Shown: positions 24,420-37,031, counted from the stretch's first letter. The stretch: 64,000 bases of DNA from Dimorphilus gyrociliatus (GCA_904063045.1 CAJFCJ010000013.1:1346156-1410155), one strand, 5' to 3'. The notes: generated by a model not told the origin, from the letters alone. Program-made: numbers and translations.

Positions 24420-26844
24420 ATGTCTCAAAAAGTGGGAAAACACAATAATAAAGTCTATAAGGTCGTTTTAACAGGTGGTAAGTGATCAATTTTTTATTAT
24501 ACTTTTATTTCCCAATGACATTAGATTTTAAAAGAACGTAATTATGTAGAAAATATATTAAAAGACTTTCTTTATCGGCCACGTGATCTTTTATTATTAA
24601 AAGTATCAGTTTAGTTTGATAAATATTTGTTCTTAGTCAAAACTTCAATGACAACAAATAAACAGAAAAATGTATCGATTTGATTATTATCTTATCATCT
24701 TTACTTTGATATTTGATAATATGAGATTTCATATTTTGGTTACCTATGACATTGATACATATATTGATTTATCATTAAATTCTTTAGGACCCTGCGGAGG
24801 AAAGACTACTGGACAAGTAAGACTATGTTCATTCTTTGAGAACATCGGTTGGAAGGTTTGTATTAAAATAAAATGGATTTTTAATATTTTTAATCACCAT
24901 TTTCCTTCTTTCTCTTCAAAAAAAAGGTGTATAGGGTTCCCGAAGCGGCTAATACTCTCCTATGGTATATTGTAAATTATTTATAATTAACGAATAAGTT
25001 AAAACTAAATCGTCTTTACAGCGGAGGAGTTAAGTTCACGAGTTTATGTGAAGAAGAGAGTGTGTTAAACTTTTTGTTTTAAATATTCTTTATTTACAAA
25101 AGCATTTCTCTCTTTAGTTTACAAATTTCAAGAAAATCTTGTGAAAACAATGTTACAATTAGAAGAAACATTTTTTGAATTGGCATCAACTTGCAATCAG
25201 AATTGCCTTGTAATTTGTGATCGTGGTGTCATGGATGCTACGGCCTATATGAAACCAGGACAATGGGATCGAATGAAGGAAACAAACGAATGGAATGAAG
25301 TTGAAGTTAGAGATAGTAGATATAATCAGGTTATACACATGGTTTCATCTGCACTTGGAGCTGAAAAATATTATTCAATTGATGGTCATGGTTGTCGATC
25401 GGAAGAATTAGATTTCGCAAGAGCATTAGATCAGGCAGTAGCCAATGCATGGGTTGGACATCCTTATTACGACGTCATTGATAATACGACAGACTTTGAA
25501 CGCAAATTGTCCAGGATGATAGATTCCGTTTGCAATCGTTTAGGAATTGATGTTAGCGATCGTTTAGGTCCGAATAGTAAAAAGAGAAAATTCCTTATTC
25601 GTTCTACACCACCAGAAGAGGTAGGTTTAAAATATTAGTTTTCAAACATTATTTACATTTTACTTTTGTATCTTCAAAGGCTTTTGAACAATTTCAAGAT
25701 TTTATTGTTGTTCACGACTATCTCGTAACATTAGATAATAAGCAGCAAGCAAGAGTTCGACGCAGAGGTCAACACGGTTAGTAAAATTTTGATTATTAAG
25801 AAAAAGAAAGTGAATTGATAACTTCAAGGTGTTGACGATAATAAGATAATATTATTAATAGTAGAATTTCCTAATAGTTATGTTTTTAAACCTATTAAAA
25901 TTACACACGCAAAAAAGACCAAATATTTATCATTTCGTATGTTAGTTAACCGGAAGAACGAAGAATGGGACATGGAGACAGGTAGGATATTAACTATCCT
26001 TTTATAGAGGGACCTAAGCCTACAGGTGGTTTAGCCATAAAACAAAGCAAAAAAAGAAACCGATTTCTATTTTGATATATTTATTTTTCCCACCTTTATA
26101 AAATTAATACTTGTTGTAACTATTCTTCTAGCGTTTTCACTCTGTTATTAAATTATTCTAATTTAATTAGCCGCATAATGCGAACTAACCTTTTATTACG
26201 CTTGGAAAATTATTATTTTTACAAGAGGATTTGGTTTAGATTAGATCTTTTCGGCATGTTATTAAATTTTATTTTATACATATATATATATATATGTACT
26301 AATATACTATCTATCAAAAAATTTACTAGTAAAATAAGTAAAAAAAATTTAAGATTAAAGAATATCACCGGATAATCAACTTTCATTATCATTAACAGGA
26401 CATTGGACTTATACACATACTATTCGTAAGAGTGTTGTTAACGCGGATTTAGTTGAAATTGTTGAGTCAAAAGTTCAAATTTCATCCAGGGAATATAAGC
26501 TTTTAATTGCTCAAAGAGATAATTCACACTATACTGTGTACAAGAAAAGGAGGTGTTTTCTATGGGGTAACCAATATTTCCAATTGGATTTTTATCAACC
26601 CCCTTGTCCAGCCAAATGTGATGATCTGATCATTTTGGAGACTTACACTGCCAAGAGTGATAATTTGGATCTTCCGTACTTTTTGGAGGTTGAAAAAGAG
26701 ATCACAACTGATAAGGCTTACTCTATGTATAATCTCTCTAAGAAGAGCGACTCCTCTTTCGAGAATAAAACAAATAGCGTAGCTACTCATTATTCAATGG
26801 GTAATTCAAAAATGAACGGAACCGCAATCGATACCGAAAAATAA
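24420..26844 (+). CDS. Ttd14: TRPL translocation defect 14 homolog (P-loop NTPase + CYTH-like domain)
   Basis: [19 protein letters not shown]|[47 protein letters not shown]|[28 protein letters not shown]; matches recalled Ttd14 motifs. Confidence 0.85.
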
Positions 26845-26991
26845 TTTTATTAAAAAGACGTATTTTTTTTATCAAATTTCATTTCCATTTTATTTAATAT
26901 TGAATATTTTCATTTTTAATTGTGAATTGAGGCTGATTGATTGACGCTTTAAAAATTTTTCATTGCATTAGTCTAAACCGTTGACTTCATT

Positions 26992-28807
26992 TCATGAGTA
27001 AAGAGATTCGTCCGAATTATCTGAGGATGATGGCCTATAATAAGGTACTGGCCTTTTCCTTGCGCTGTTTACCGATTATATTTAAGTTTTATAAGGTAAT
27101 GTCTATATCTGACTATTGACAATTAAGAAACGTACCTTATTGACAACAAATGTGCTTAACCAAACATGCAAAAAAAAATTTTAAATGATGAAAGGGGGAA
27201 AAAAAACTGTATACCAAAAATTTTGTGCCATTTTTTTCTTATTAACAAAGAAAATTGAAAATAATAGGATTAAACAAAATAATACCTCTTTACGACAAAG
27301 ACAAGCACCAGGATACCAAGAAAATAACATAAAAAAATGCAGAATAAAATTTTAACAGTACGGCATGCGTCAAAAATAAGTGATAACATAATCCATACTC
27401 ATTTCTTTATACTCGCCTTGTGATGCGACGTCTATCTAAATGTGAAGGCGAATGTGGCCGACGCCTAATAGAGGGTGACCTAGATCGGGATTTACTTTTA
27501 GAGCTCTTGTAGCTTTTTCTCGTATGCTTTGACTTCTTTCTTCGTTTCGATGTCTTATGACGTCTTAACGAAACAGAGAGAGATAAAGTATATTAATTTT
27601 TTTCAAAGACTGTTTTTGATTCATACTTTTTAGATTTATGTCTTGATCTTTTTGACTCGGATCGTCGTGATCTAGATCTAGAATAAGATCTGGATCTTGA
27701 CCTGTATCGAGATTGTGATCGGGATCGTGATTTAGATCTCGATCTAGATCTGGATCTAGAGTATGTTCTAGACCTCGACCTCGAAATTGACCTGTAGGAA
27801 GATCTTGAAGGAGACCTTGATCTGCTGTAGCTGCAGCTGACACTTTTGTTCCCATTTCTAAGTCTAGAAAGACGTCTGTCAAAAAGTATAATAATAGATT
27901 CATATAGAGTAAAATATGCAATTATTTATACTTCTTTGAACGACTTCGCGATCTGCTTCGACTTCTATTGTTATCACTTGGTACATCTCTGTAAATAAAT
28001 TTACGTATTAATATCCTAGTAATAAGTAACATATCTATTTTACTATCCACTCAAAAAACTGTTAGCAAAGCAAAAAAAGATCAATTAATTGTTACTGTAA
28101 TTAATTTTTGTACGGATTAGTCGCTGATGCACTACGGCTATCGATTTATTCGTAAAAAATGTATAAAACGGTAACGTCTTCAAATTTTGTTTATATTTTA
28201 ACCGAACAGCAGCTTTACTTACTTACCGAAAATAGTAACAGTCTGAAGTTTAAAAATAAATAAGAAAACGATAATAAACATTTAATTATTCAACAAATGT
28301 ATCTTACAACATAAATTGTAAGACGTCCAGCCAAAACCATAACAATTAAAATATATTGATAGATTTCGTAAAGAGAGTATACTACTAATAATAAAAATTA
28401 ATATTAACCGATCATTATTCATCTCTTCAGATAGAACATTTAACTTTCTCTTTGTCGAACTAATGAAATAGATAAAAAAATTAAAAACATTTCTTAAAAA
28501 TATTAAATAATAAGACTTAACCTTCCAGATACTGAGGAATTACAGCTTCTGACATCTTCTGAGTTATTATTCATTCGTTTATTATCTCTATTAGTTGAAG
28601 AAAAAGAACTTTAATACGTGTTCGGATAACAAAACCCAAAAAACAAACTTTTTTGAATATTCTTTTTGAGCGATTTCCGTCGATTTTCTGTATGATACAA
28701 ACATTGTATTAACTAAGAGAAAAAAATATTTGAATAAAAAGAAAAATTTTTTTTTAAATTACAAAAAGACGTACACGCACAGTTATACTTATCTGATAGT
28801 GCGCCAT
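26992..28807 (-). CDS. Small SR protein (241 aa, 8 exons) ending in an eMIC / SRRM3-4-type C-terminal domain
   Basis: Exons 28807-28789, 28712-28649, 28587-28522, 28459-28409, 27988-27932, 27875-27627, 27563-27417, 27064-26992 splice in frame (726 nt). RS repeats followed by RRRPHSPSHLDRRRITSARKRPVPYYRPSSS, close to recalled SRRM4 RRDSPSHLEARRITSARKRPIPYYRPSPS. Confidence 0.88.
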
Positions 28808-29862
28808 ATCGAAAAGTAATTTTGAATAAACAATATATTAGTTACGTGATTCAAAATTAAAATTAGTTTAAACCGTCCATCTCACCGCCTAATCAGGAAA
28901 ATTCCCGCGAAAAAAAGGACAGTATAGTCTAAAGTTACGAAAATCCGCAAGAACAATTAACTTGTAAGGATACGGTACATACATAACTTTAAGTGCATAT
29001 ACATAATAATTGTGGAAAATCCGTTTGGAAGGCATATTTGAAATATTATTTCAAGAAATTTATTTGTTTTACAAGTGGAGAAAAAAAAGTCGTAGTAGTA
29101 TTTAGCCAGGATGACAGATGATGGAGAAAAATAGAAAAATAAATATAAAGTGATAAATTAGAAAAAAAAAAACAAGAAAGAGCGTGTTCTTAATCACTTC
29201 AATTAATTTTCTCTCGTAAAAACCTTAAAACCTTTATGAGAGTCAATAGTTAAAATTTCAAAGAGAAAAGTTATTTGAAAAGTTAAAAATACAAAATTTT
29301 AAATTTAAGAAAATATCAATTAAAAGAACATCGCTTCAAGGAACACGCTAGTTCAAGTGTCTCTAAGAACAGGCATAAAATTCGAGTATGGTGGAAGCAT
29401 TCTTGGTTGTTTTAAAATAGTATATCGTTTTATCATTAATTTGATTATTTTCTTTTACATCAATCGTTTAGATTCCACCGTATAGGAATTAAAACATGCA
29501 AACAAACAACACTAATAATCATTCGTCATGCACCAATCATACTCTTCAGCACCATAATCTTTTTTAAAGTTCGCATACACACGCACACACATACACCATT
29601 CAACGATTAATCCAATCTTATTACCTCAAAACAATTGGTGCCTGCTATTTATAAGCGCAGATAATAGGAAAAAATAGTACTATTTAATGTCATCAAAATT
29701 AGTTTCATTAAATTTAAGTCTGAACGGAAAGAAATGATGAAACAAATAAGACAAAAGTTTTTGTGAACAATATATAGAGCATGCTTTTCTTTAATAGACG
29801 TTTTCTATGTGTTCAGATATACTTACAAAGTAACAGTCGATATTTCAGATCTTTGACTCTCA

Positions 29863-30788
29863 CTAATAATTATACAGCCTATTTATTATGTTTGAATAAA
29901 TGAAAATGTTGTAATTACCCAGATAAATTTTGTATAGCACTTGTTCTAGATGAATCAGAGTTATTTCCTTCGTTATCATTACTGAAGAATAAAAGAAATA
30001 CATAAGAATGAAGAACTGTTATAGAGATCACTTACTCTTTTCGTTTGTATGAAAAATAAGGCTGAAATACAAGTTGGTTGACTGGAGGATTTGAGTCTAC
30101 GTATCTTTGAAATATTCTGGCACTGTTAGAAAATGAGTTATTTAATCTAATCCAGAGTTTTCTGAATGGGGAATGAACATCATATTCCGCCTGTTGTAAT
30201 GCTTTAACACAACAAGACACGAAAAGTTCTATTAACGAGGGTTCCACAGGCTTCATACTGCTCAACTGCAGAGCAGCACCTGCCTGTAATCCTCTTAAGT
30301 AATACATTAATCAAAAGTTTCTGATGTCGCTTAAGTGAAATGAAAGAAGAAAGTTGCATATGGTGCACACTTACACTACTCGACCGCTAGGGTCTACAAC
30401 GACGTTGCCTTTAATCGCATTTTTGTTCTCCAAAAGTGCTTTGTATTTTGCTACCTTTTCTTTTTCTTCATTTTTTGACATTCTAAAATTATGAAATTTC
30501 TATATGAAATGCCTTTTAAGGAAAAATGTTATAAATAATGGCGGAATTTCTATTATTCTATCAAGTATCCTCTAAGGAAGTTGCTATCGAAATTCCGTCT
30601 AATTTTTATTTAAAATATAATTACTCGTTTCTTTTAAGTGATTTACAGAGATTGTCGCATTTATTTATGATACGCTTCGAGAGATGCTTTTCAAATATAG
30701 AAAGGAGAGCAGATTGATCAAATTTTTCTGAATGTATTTTGAGGAACATCTTGTGGTTATCACAATTTTTGAGATCACCGTTCTGCAT
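29863..30788 (-). CDS. Unidentified multi-exon gene, about 205 aa
   Basis: Five exons splice in frame (MQNGDLKNC...KRNE|MSKNEEKEK...DPSGRVV|GLQAGAALQ...FRKLWIRLNNSF...KRKD|NDNEG...LSG|LYNY*); no family recognised. Confidence 0.65.
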
Positions 30789-30932
30789 ATTCGCTCTGTG
30801 GGTATTCAAACTATTTTTTAATATAACATGCTAATTTTAGGAACATACTTTACGCTAGAACTAGCGCCAAACAATATTTTACTTGCTATTCGGCAGTTTA
30901 TATGAAGATATTGGCTTAATGGTTTATTCAAC

Positions 30933-30944
30933 TGCGCATGCGCA
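30933..30944. promoter_or_regulatory. Perfect NRF1/Ewg palindrome in a bidirectional promoter
   Basis: TGCGCATGCGCA between divergent starts at 30788 (-) and 31133 (+, UQCR10). Confidence 0.7.
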
Positions 30945-31132
30945 AAAATGTGTTATAAATGTGTTTTCGTATAAGAAAATTTATCACTTATCCACAAAAA
31001 CATATTAAAGAGTATTCTTAAAATAAAAGGTGATTGTTTTAAATGCTATCATTATATTAAGTAAACCCATGTTTCCGCTTCCTGCCCGTTAAAGTCGTTC
31101 TTTGAAGGAGGCACAAGTAACAAACTGAGACA

Positions 31133-31380
31133 ATGTCGCAATTTTTGACTTCTCTATACCGAAGTACCTTGAGGAGGACTTCTACATTCACTTTGGCGAT
31201 CCTTGTTGGTGCATTGGGATTTGAAACTATGTTCGATAAAGGCGGTGATAAGTTATTTGAAAGATTAAACCAAGGAGTAAGTTGACCTCTCATGTTTTCA
31301 ATGAATTCCTAATTCCGTATTTTGCACAGAAACTATTTAAAGATATTCTGTTCGAGTTGGAACAAAAAGAAGAAGAATAG
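31133..31380 (+). CDS. UQCR10: Cytochrome bc1 complex subunit 9 (QCR9), 64 aa, 2 exons (31133-31276, 31330-31380)
   Basis: MSQFLTSLYRSTLRRTSTFTLAILVGALGFETMFDKGGDKLFERLNQG|KLFKDI...; not in the ORF track. Confidence 0.92.
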
Positions 31381-31520
31381 GCATCATCACGAGATAATTT
31401 AATCAATCTGCTCGTAGAATATAAACATTTATTTTCAATATACTATGTACAGAAGATTGACAATAAAAGATAATTCATAATTTTCAAAAATTGTTAAATT
31501 CGCTTATTAAAGATCAGAAT

Positions 31521-33092
31521 TTATGATAATTCATGTGGATTTGGTGAAGTTGTGAGGGGATCGACATTCTTACTCTCAAGTGAAAACGGCGGAATTCTAC
31601 ATTCAAAACTTGAGCCGTCTTCTCGTTCCATTTTAAAAGTCCCCCACATATGACCACTGGGAGCTTGGAGTGAAATGTGACTTGTGTACTGGAAAGCAGG
31701 TTGCGTTTTCGTAAATACAGGTTCCTAAAATAAAAATTGACTAAACATCTATAAATATTCAAATTAAGGAAGATGAAAACCACCTTGCCAACAATGCCTC
31801 GACCTCTAACTGTTTCCAAAGTGCCAGATAATGAAAATATTCGCCAATGTCTTTCTCTTAATTGAACGTTCCCTGTTCCTAATTTTTCTAATCTAATGCA
31901 GTATCTCCACTGCAAAAAAAGATTATTTTTATTTATGAATTTATTAAAAGGAGTAATATTCAAACACTTATTTACCCAATATACGTATGTCTGTTGCACC
32001 TCCTGCAGAAATTAATCCATTAAAGTAATATAAAAAAGTTATATCAAAATTTATAATAGATTTTGTACCCTGGATCCAATATAAAATGGCATAACTGTTA
32101 CTCGCATATTTTCTGTAGTTTCTTTATGTACATCAGTCAGCTCTAACCAGGGATGATTCTTTCTTTGCCATTCTATTTTGAAAGAAAAACAAAAACATTG
32201 ATGAATGCAAAATTTAAGAAGAAAAAAGTTTTGGACTTTAACCTCTTAGTGTATCGGTTGCAGACCAAATATGTGACTCTGGAGATGTTTTCTTCAAAAA
32301 TCTCTCAAATAGATGATTTTCTATTGGACTTGTCTCTGTAGACTGATAAGGCAGAATATCTTCGTGACTAACATAATCTAATCCTGGTATAGAGTATAAG
32401 GTTCCCCTACTATCTTGACTACTTAGAAAGGTAACTGATTCAGTTCCCACTCTCTGTAATGAACTTCTTTATTCAAATAATATGATACTAAAGTATAGAC
32501 AGACTATATGAGACATGTCTCTTGTGTCGATTAAAACTTGATAATAAGTATGAGTTCTTCCCTTGACGTCTTTTGGAGGAGAAACGGACGATTTATCCGC
32601 TAAATCATTTCCCTTTCTAAGATCACTCCTTTGAGTGAAATAAAATGTATTTTGATAAGTATTTTTGCAAAATATTTTAATTATCTACATACGCTACATC
32701 ACCTTTAGTAGCAAGATCTCTGTCAAAAACTTTACCAACCCAAGGAAAAATAATGACACCTCTGTAACCAAATATCCGATGAAGGAATAGCTGTAATGTT
32801 CAAAAAGTGATAAATTTCATTAATGATTAAGCCAATGGTACCTGTCCAGTTTCATATTTCTCTTGAAGCCTTGGCGCTTCTAGTAGACCAACTTCGGCCA
32901 ACCTTTATCGAATAAAAAGAACTACTTTGAAAAAAGTATTGCACAAGTGATCTCTATCGTTAAATCACTATAAATAGTATTTGAATATATCCACCTTGAA
33001 GCCTTTCTGTTGCATGTCATAAAAATACATCTAGTGAAAGTAAAAACTTGTCGATTTAATGAAAACATTCGGTTTTGTAAATGTACAATCAT
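31521..33092 (-). CDS. POLDIP2: Polymerase delta-interacting protein 2 (YccV-like + ApaG/DUF525)
   Basis: Presequence-like N-terminus; LAEVG...KYETGQ|LFLHRIFGYRGVIIFPW; WRYCIRLE..VQLRERHWRIFSLSGTLETVRGRG; HMWGTFKMER..RIPPFSLES. Confidence 0.93.
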
Positions 33093-33395
33093 GTTTTGTT
33101 ACAATGTGAAGGTTCCACACGACAATATGAAATAAACTGGTAAAAGAAAGATGTTCTCTCTGAATCTTTCACCTTTTTTTTTACGTCTATAACTGATTGG
33201 CTCAGTTACCGGTTGGAAATCATTGAGATTACATTAAAGATGTCACGATGAATAACAGTTGAGCAGTTATACAAACTTTTTTCCTTAGTGCTTTAAACAT
33301 TCCATTAGAAGAGTTTAGTCAATATTCCTTATTGTTTAAATCAGTTTTTTTCAACGATTTTTATTTATTCCAAGAAACTTTGAGATATCATTCGA

Positions 33396-36300
33396 ATGAA
33401 CGTAAGTTTTTTTTTCAATACTTTTCTCACTTTAATTAATTTAATTCTTTCCATATAGAACTCAGATAATTGTAATGTTCATAGTGTTAATACATCTCTA
33501 GCCTGTCAATACATAAAATATACTCAATCTTGTATCTCGAATGATGGATATATCGATTATACTCAGTTTATTTACTGTGACTTTAATGGTTCAGCAAGAT
33601 TTTTAGGATTAGTTCTTGTTGTAAGTAACAGCTAAAAAAAATTATTATTTTTTCCTAATTAATTATTAATTATGATGATATCTCAATCACGTAGATATTA
33701 TGGTGGCTAGTTCTTTTCATTTCTCTTGCCGTTGTTGCGGATGATTTGTAAGTAATGATTTCATCTTTTTTTCATTATTTTTAATGCATTTTAAATTTAT
33801 AAATATTAAAAAGAAAGTTTATTTTATAAAAAAGTGAAATTTTATGTATAGATAAATATGTTTTATTATTCATATGTTAACAGTTTCTGTCCGTCTCTTG
33901 TTATTATATCAAAAACCTTGAAACTCAGCGATAACATTGCTGTAAGTCAGATAATATTGTTTAATCGTTTATTAAATCATTAGAATATAATCATTTTCTA
34001 CGACAGGGCGTAACATTATTAGCTTTTGGAAATGGTAAGTGAACATTAGTATCAATCAGTCATACTAACGTCGAATAGTGACGTTGATACGACGTCATAA
34101 ATTGACATTGATAAGATGCCAATTATTGAGAATTATTTATTTTCAGGAGCCCCAGATGTATTTTCATCCATATCAGCCGTAAAGAGTAGCCATAATGGTG
34201 ATATATCATTAGCTCTTTGCGCCCTAACAGGTGCTGGAGTCTTTGTAACAACGGTCGTTGCCGGCTCAGTTGCTTTTGCGAAACCTTTCTCCTGTATGCA
34301 AAGGCCTTTTTTGAGAGATACAATATTTTTTATTGCTGCAGCCTGTATGACTTTAGGATTGATATGGAATGGAAGAGTAACACTTATTTGGTCTTGCTGC
34401 TATCTTGGATTATACATATTTTATGTTATAGTTGTTATAGCGGCAAGGGCCATACGAAAAAAATGGCAGAGTACGCAGAAAGATCCTCTCTCAATTCAAA
34501 GCGATCCTTGTTAGTTAAATTTAAAATTTTTTTCCCTAAAATGTAATTGTCGTATAGATGGAAAACTTGAGATCTTCAAACAAATCTTAGAAATGATACA
34601 TCATTATTAGCTAATATTCTCACGTTGATGATGTATTAAATTACATTAGTCTCTTATGTTTCTATTTCAGTGGTAACGGCAGATGACGAAGTAACCTTCT
34701 CACAAATTACATTTAATGATACCTTCGTCCGTCAATCAGAGGCCGAGGGTCGTAGCGAAAATAATGATGACGTACCACTTTTGAGTGTGAAAGATCCTGA
34801 ACAGAAGGGATTCTTAATCTTGTTGATAAACGGTTTAAAAACTATTGATTACGAAGAGTTTAAAGAGAAGCCGATATATAAGAAAATTTATGATGTGGTT
34901 AAGTCACCGGCCTTATTCGCTTTTAAATTAACGACACCAGTTGTTGAGGAAGATAGTTGGAATAAACCTCTAAGCTGTTTACAATGCGTTATTGGAACAA
35001 CATTTATAATCTTTGCAGCAAATTACGAAGGTTTGTCATTACCTTAGGGTTCTATAATTAGAATTATTAATTATTATTACTTTGTTATATATAAAGTGGC
35101 ATTAACCTACCTTGGTGGAAGATTTCCGGTGTTTGTAATTTTTACAACAATTGGAATATTGTTGGCTGTCTTGGTGCACTTTACATCAACTCTCTCAGAG
35201 CCTCCTGTATATTATAAAGTAAGATAAATACCGCGTCATAAATTAGCATTATTAGACTATTTATCATTTTTTAACAATCTATATATACTTTTCTTAGGGT
35301 TTCTCTTATCTGGCCTTTATTGTGGCCATCTTATGGATTAATACAATTGCTAATGAAGTCGTGAATGCTCTTAGTGCAATTGGCATTTACATACATATAT
35401 CTCCGGGAATTCTTGGCTTGACTCTTCTGGCTTGGGGAAACTCTCTGGGAGACATGATAGCCGATATTGCTATGGCCAAGCAAGGTTTCCCAAGAACAGC
35501 TATATCAGCTTGCTTTGGTGGCCCTTTATTTAGTAAGCTCTCTTTTTTTTTTCTTCCTAAATCAGTATGAATATTTTATTTATTTCGATATTTAAAATCA
35601 TAAAGCGACAACAACTTTAAAGTTCACCTTTTCAGATCTGTTACTAGGCCTAGGTGTGCCTTTTCTAATCAAAGTGGTACGACATGGAACCCTGACGGTG
35701 AGTCATACAAATTTTCACCGATGACTAGCTGTCATGTAACGCTTTAAATAGAAAAAAATTACAGACATCTCCCAATATTAGCATGTAGAACAGAATAGGA
35801 GAAAATATTCTTTATAGTCATTGTATACTGTATAAAAAGTAAAAATCATAAGAACGACAGCAGGAAAATTATTGACCAATGGCGTTTTCCACTGAAATGC
35901 AATAGTAATAATAATAATCATAATCATAATTATAATTATAAGAGTAATACTAATATATTCTATAACCAGCTAGAAGCGATACAGAATTTATTTGTTTATT
36001 GCTTTGTATATCGCTAATCTGATATTTGGAAGATGGCATGCAATAAATAATTGAAATAGTTTTTAGAGTGGGGATCAATATTATATCTTTATAAACATAG
36101 ATTGATATCTTTTCATAAAAGTAAGAAACACCATATCTTACAAAAGGTGATATTGGGATCGCAATTTTATACTTTACTGCAGATGACTCATAAAGATGTT
36201 CTCAAAACTCTAGCTACCTATATACATTTCGCTTGTACTTCTTAGGTACATTAAGGTTATTAAAATGAAAGGAAACATAACCTTAAAAATTATTTATGAA

Positions 36301-36912
36301 TATTTTATAAAAATACAAAAAGCCAACTATTTTAGTAATATTGAAACGGTATAGAATAACGAAAATGGTAGATAACGCTTTTCCTAATAAAAAAAATGTG
36401 AAAATTTATGATTTTATTGCCAAATATTTAATAACTATATACATACGTAAATGCGTAGTTTTACAGTAAAATCAATGTTTAATATAAAACTGATGATCAC
36501 GACAAGTTGAATTATCGTACAGGTAAAAAATATTAAAAAATTGACTTTACATTGTTATTAAACTATTCTTCTGAGAAATATCTTGAAATATTCTTTTGTC
36601 CCCGAAGATTGAATATTGAAAAAGCGAAGAATAACCTAACCCATTGAATACACACAAAAATATATCAATAAGATTATTTACAACATTTTTAACTTATTTT
36701 CATAAATTCTTAAATGATTTTAATTTTTTCAGCTCAAAGTAACAAAACTGCAGAAAGTTATGGTTGGGAGTTTGATAGCTTCAATCACTCTATCTTTTAT
36801 AATGGTTCCATTGATGAAATTCAAATTAGGGAAAATATACGCACTAATTTTGTATGGATTTTATGTAATATTTCTATTAATTGTTATTCTTGTTGAATTG
36901 AATGTGATATAA
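33396..36912 (+). CDS. SLC8B1: Na+/Li+/Ca2+ exchanger NCLX (NCKX6-like); start codon tentative
   Basis: GYIDYTQFIYC; alpha-1 repeat GVTLLAFGN|GAPDVFSS; RPFLRD; alpha-2 repeat GLTLLAWGNSLGDMIAD..SACFGGPLF; last exon 36733-36912 with two TMs. Confidence 0.9.
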
Positions 36913-37031
36913 ATTTTCTGGAAATAGATTATTTTACAATACAGACTTGAATAAATATATTGGAATAGGCCTACAGTTTGGCCTATAACAACTCTGTTCA
37001 GCTTTCCCAGCAGGCGCTAGCATTAGGCAGC

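Noticed and set aside
27565-27921. DLDP/DHD-rich 118-aa ORF
   Set aside because: Alternative frame of the RS-repeat exon; the spliced RS frame is the one that connects to eMIC.
31514-31999. 161-aa ORF as a separate gene
   Set aside because: It is a POLDIP2 exon read through an intron into the wrong frame; the true stop is at 31521.
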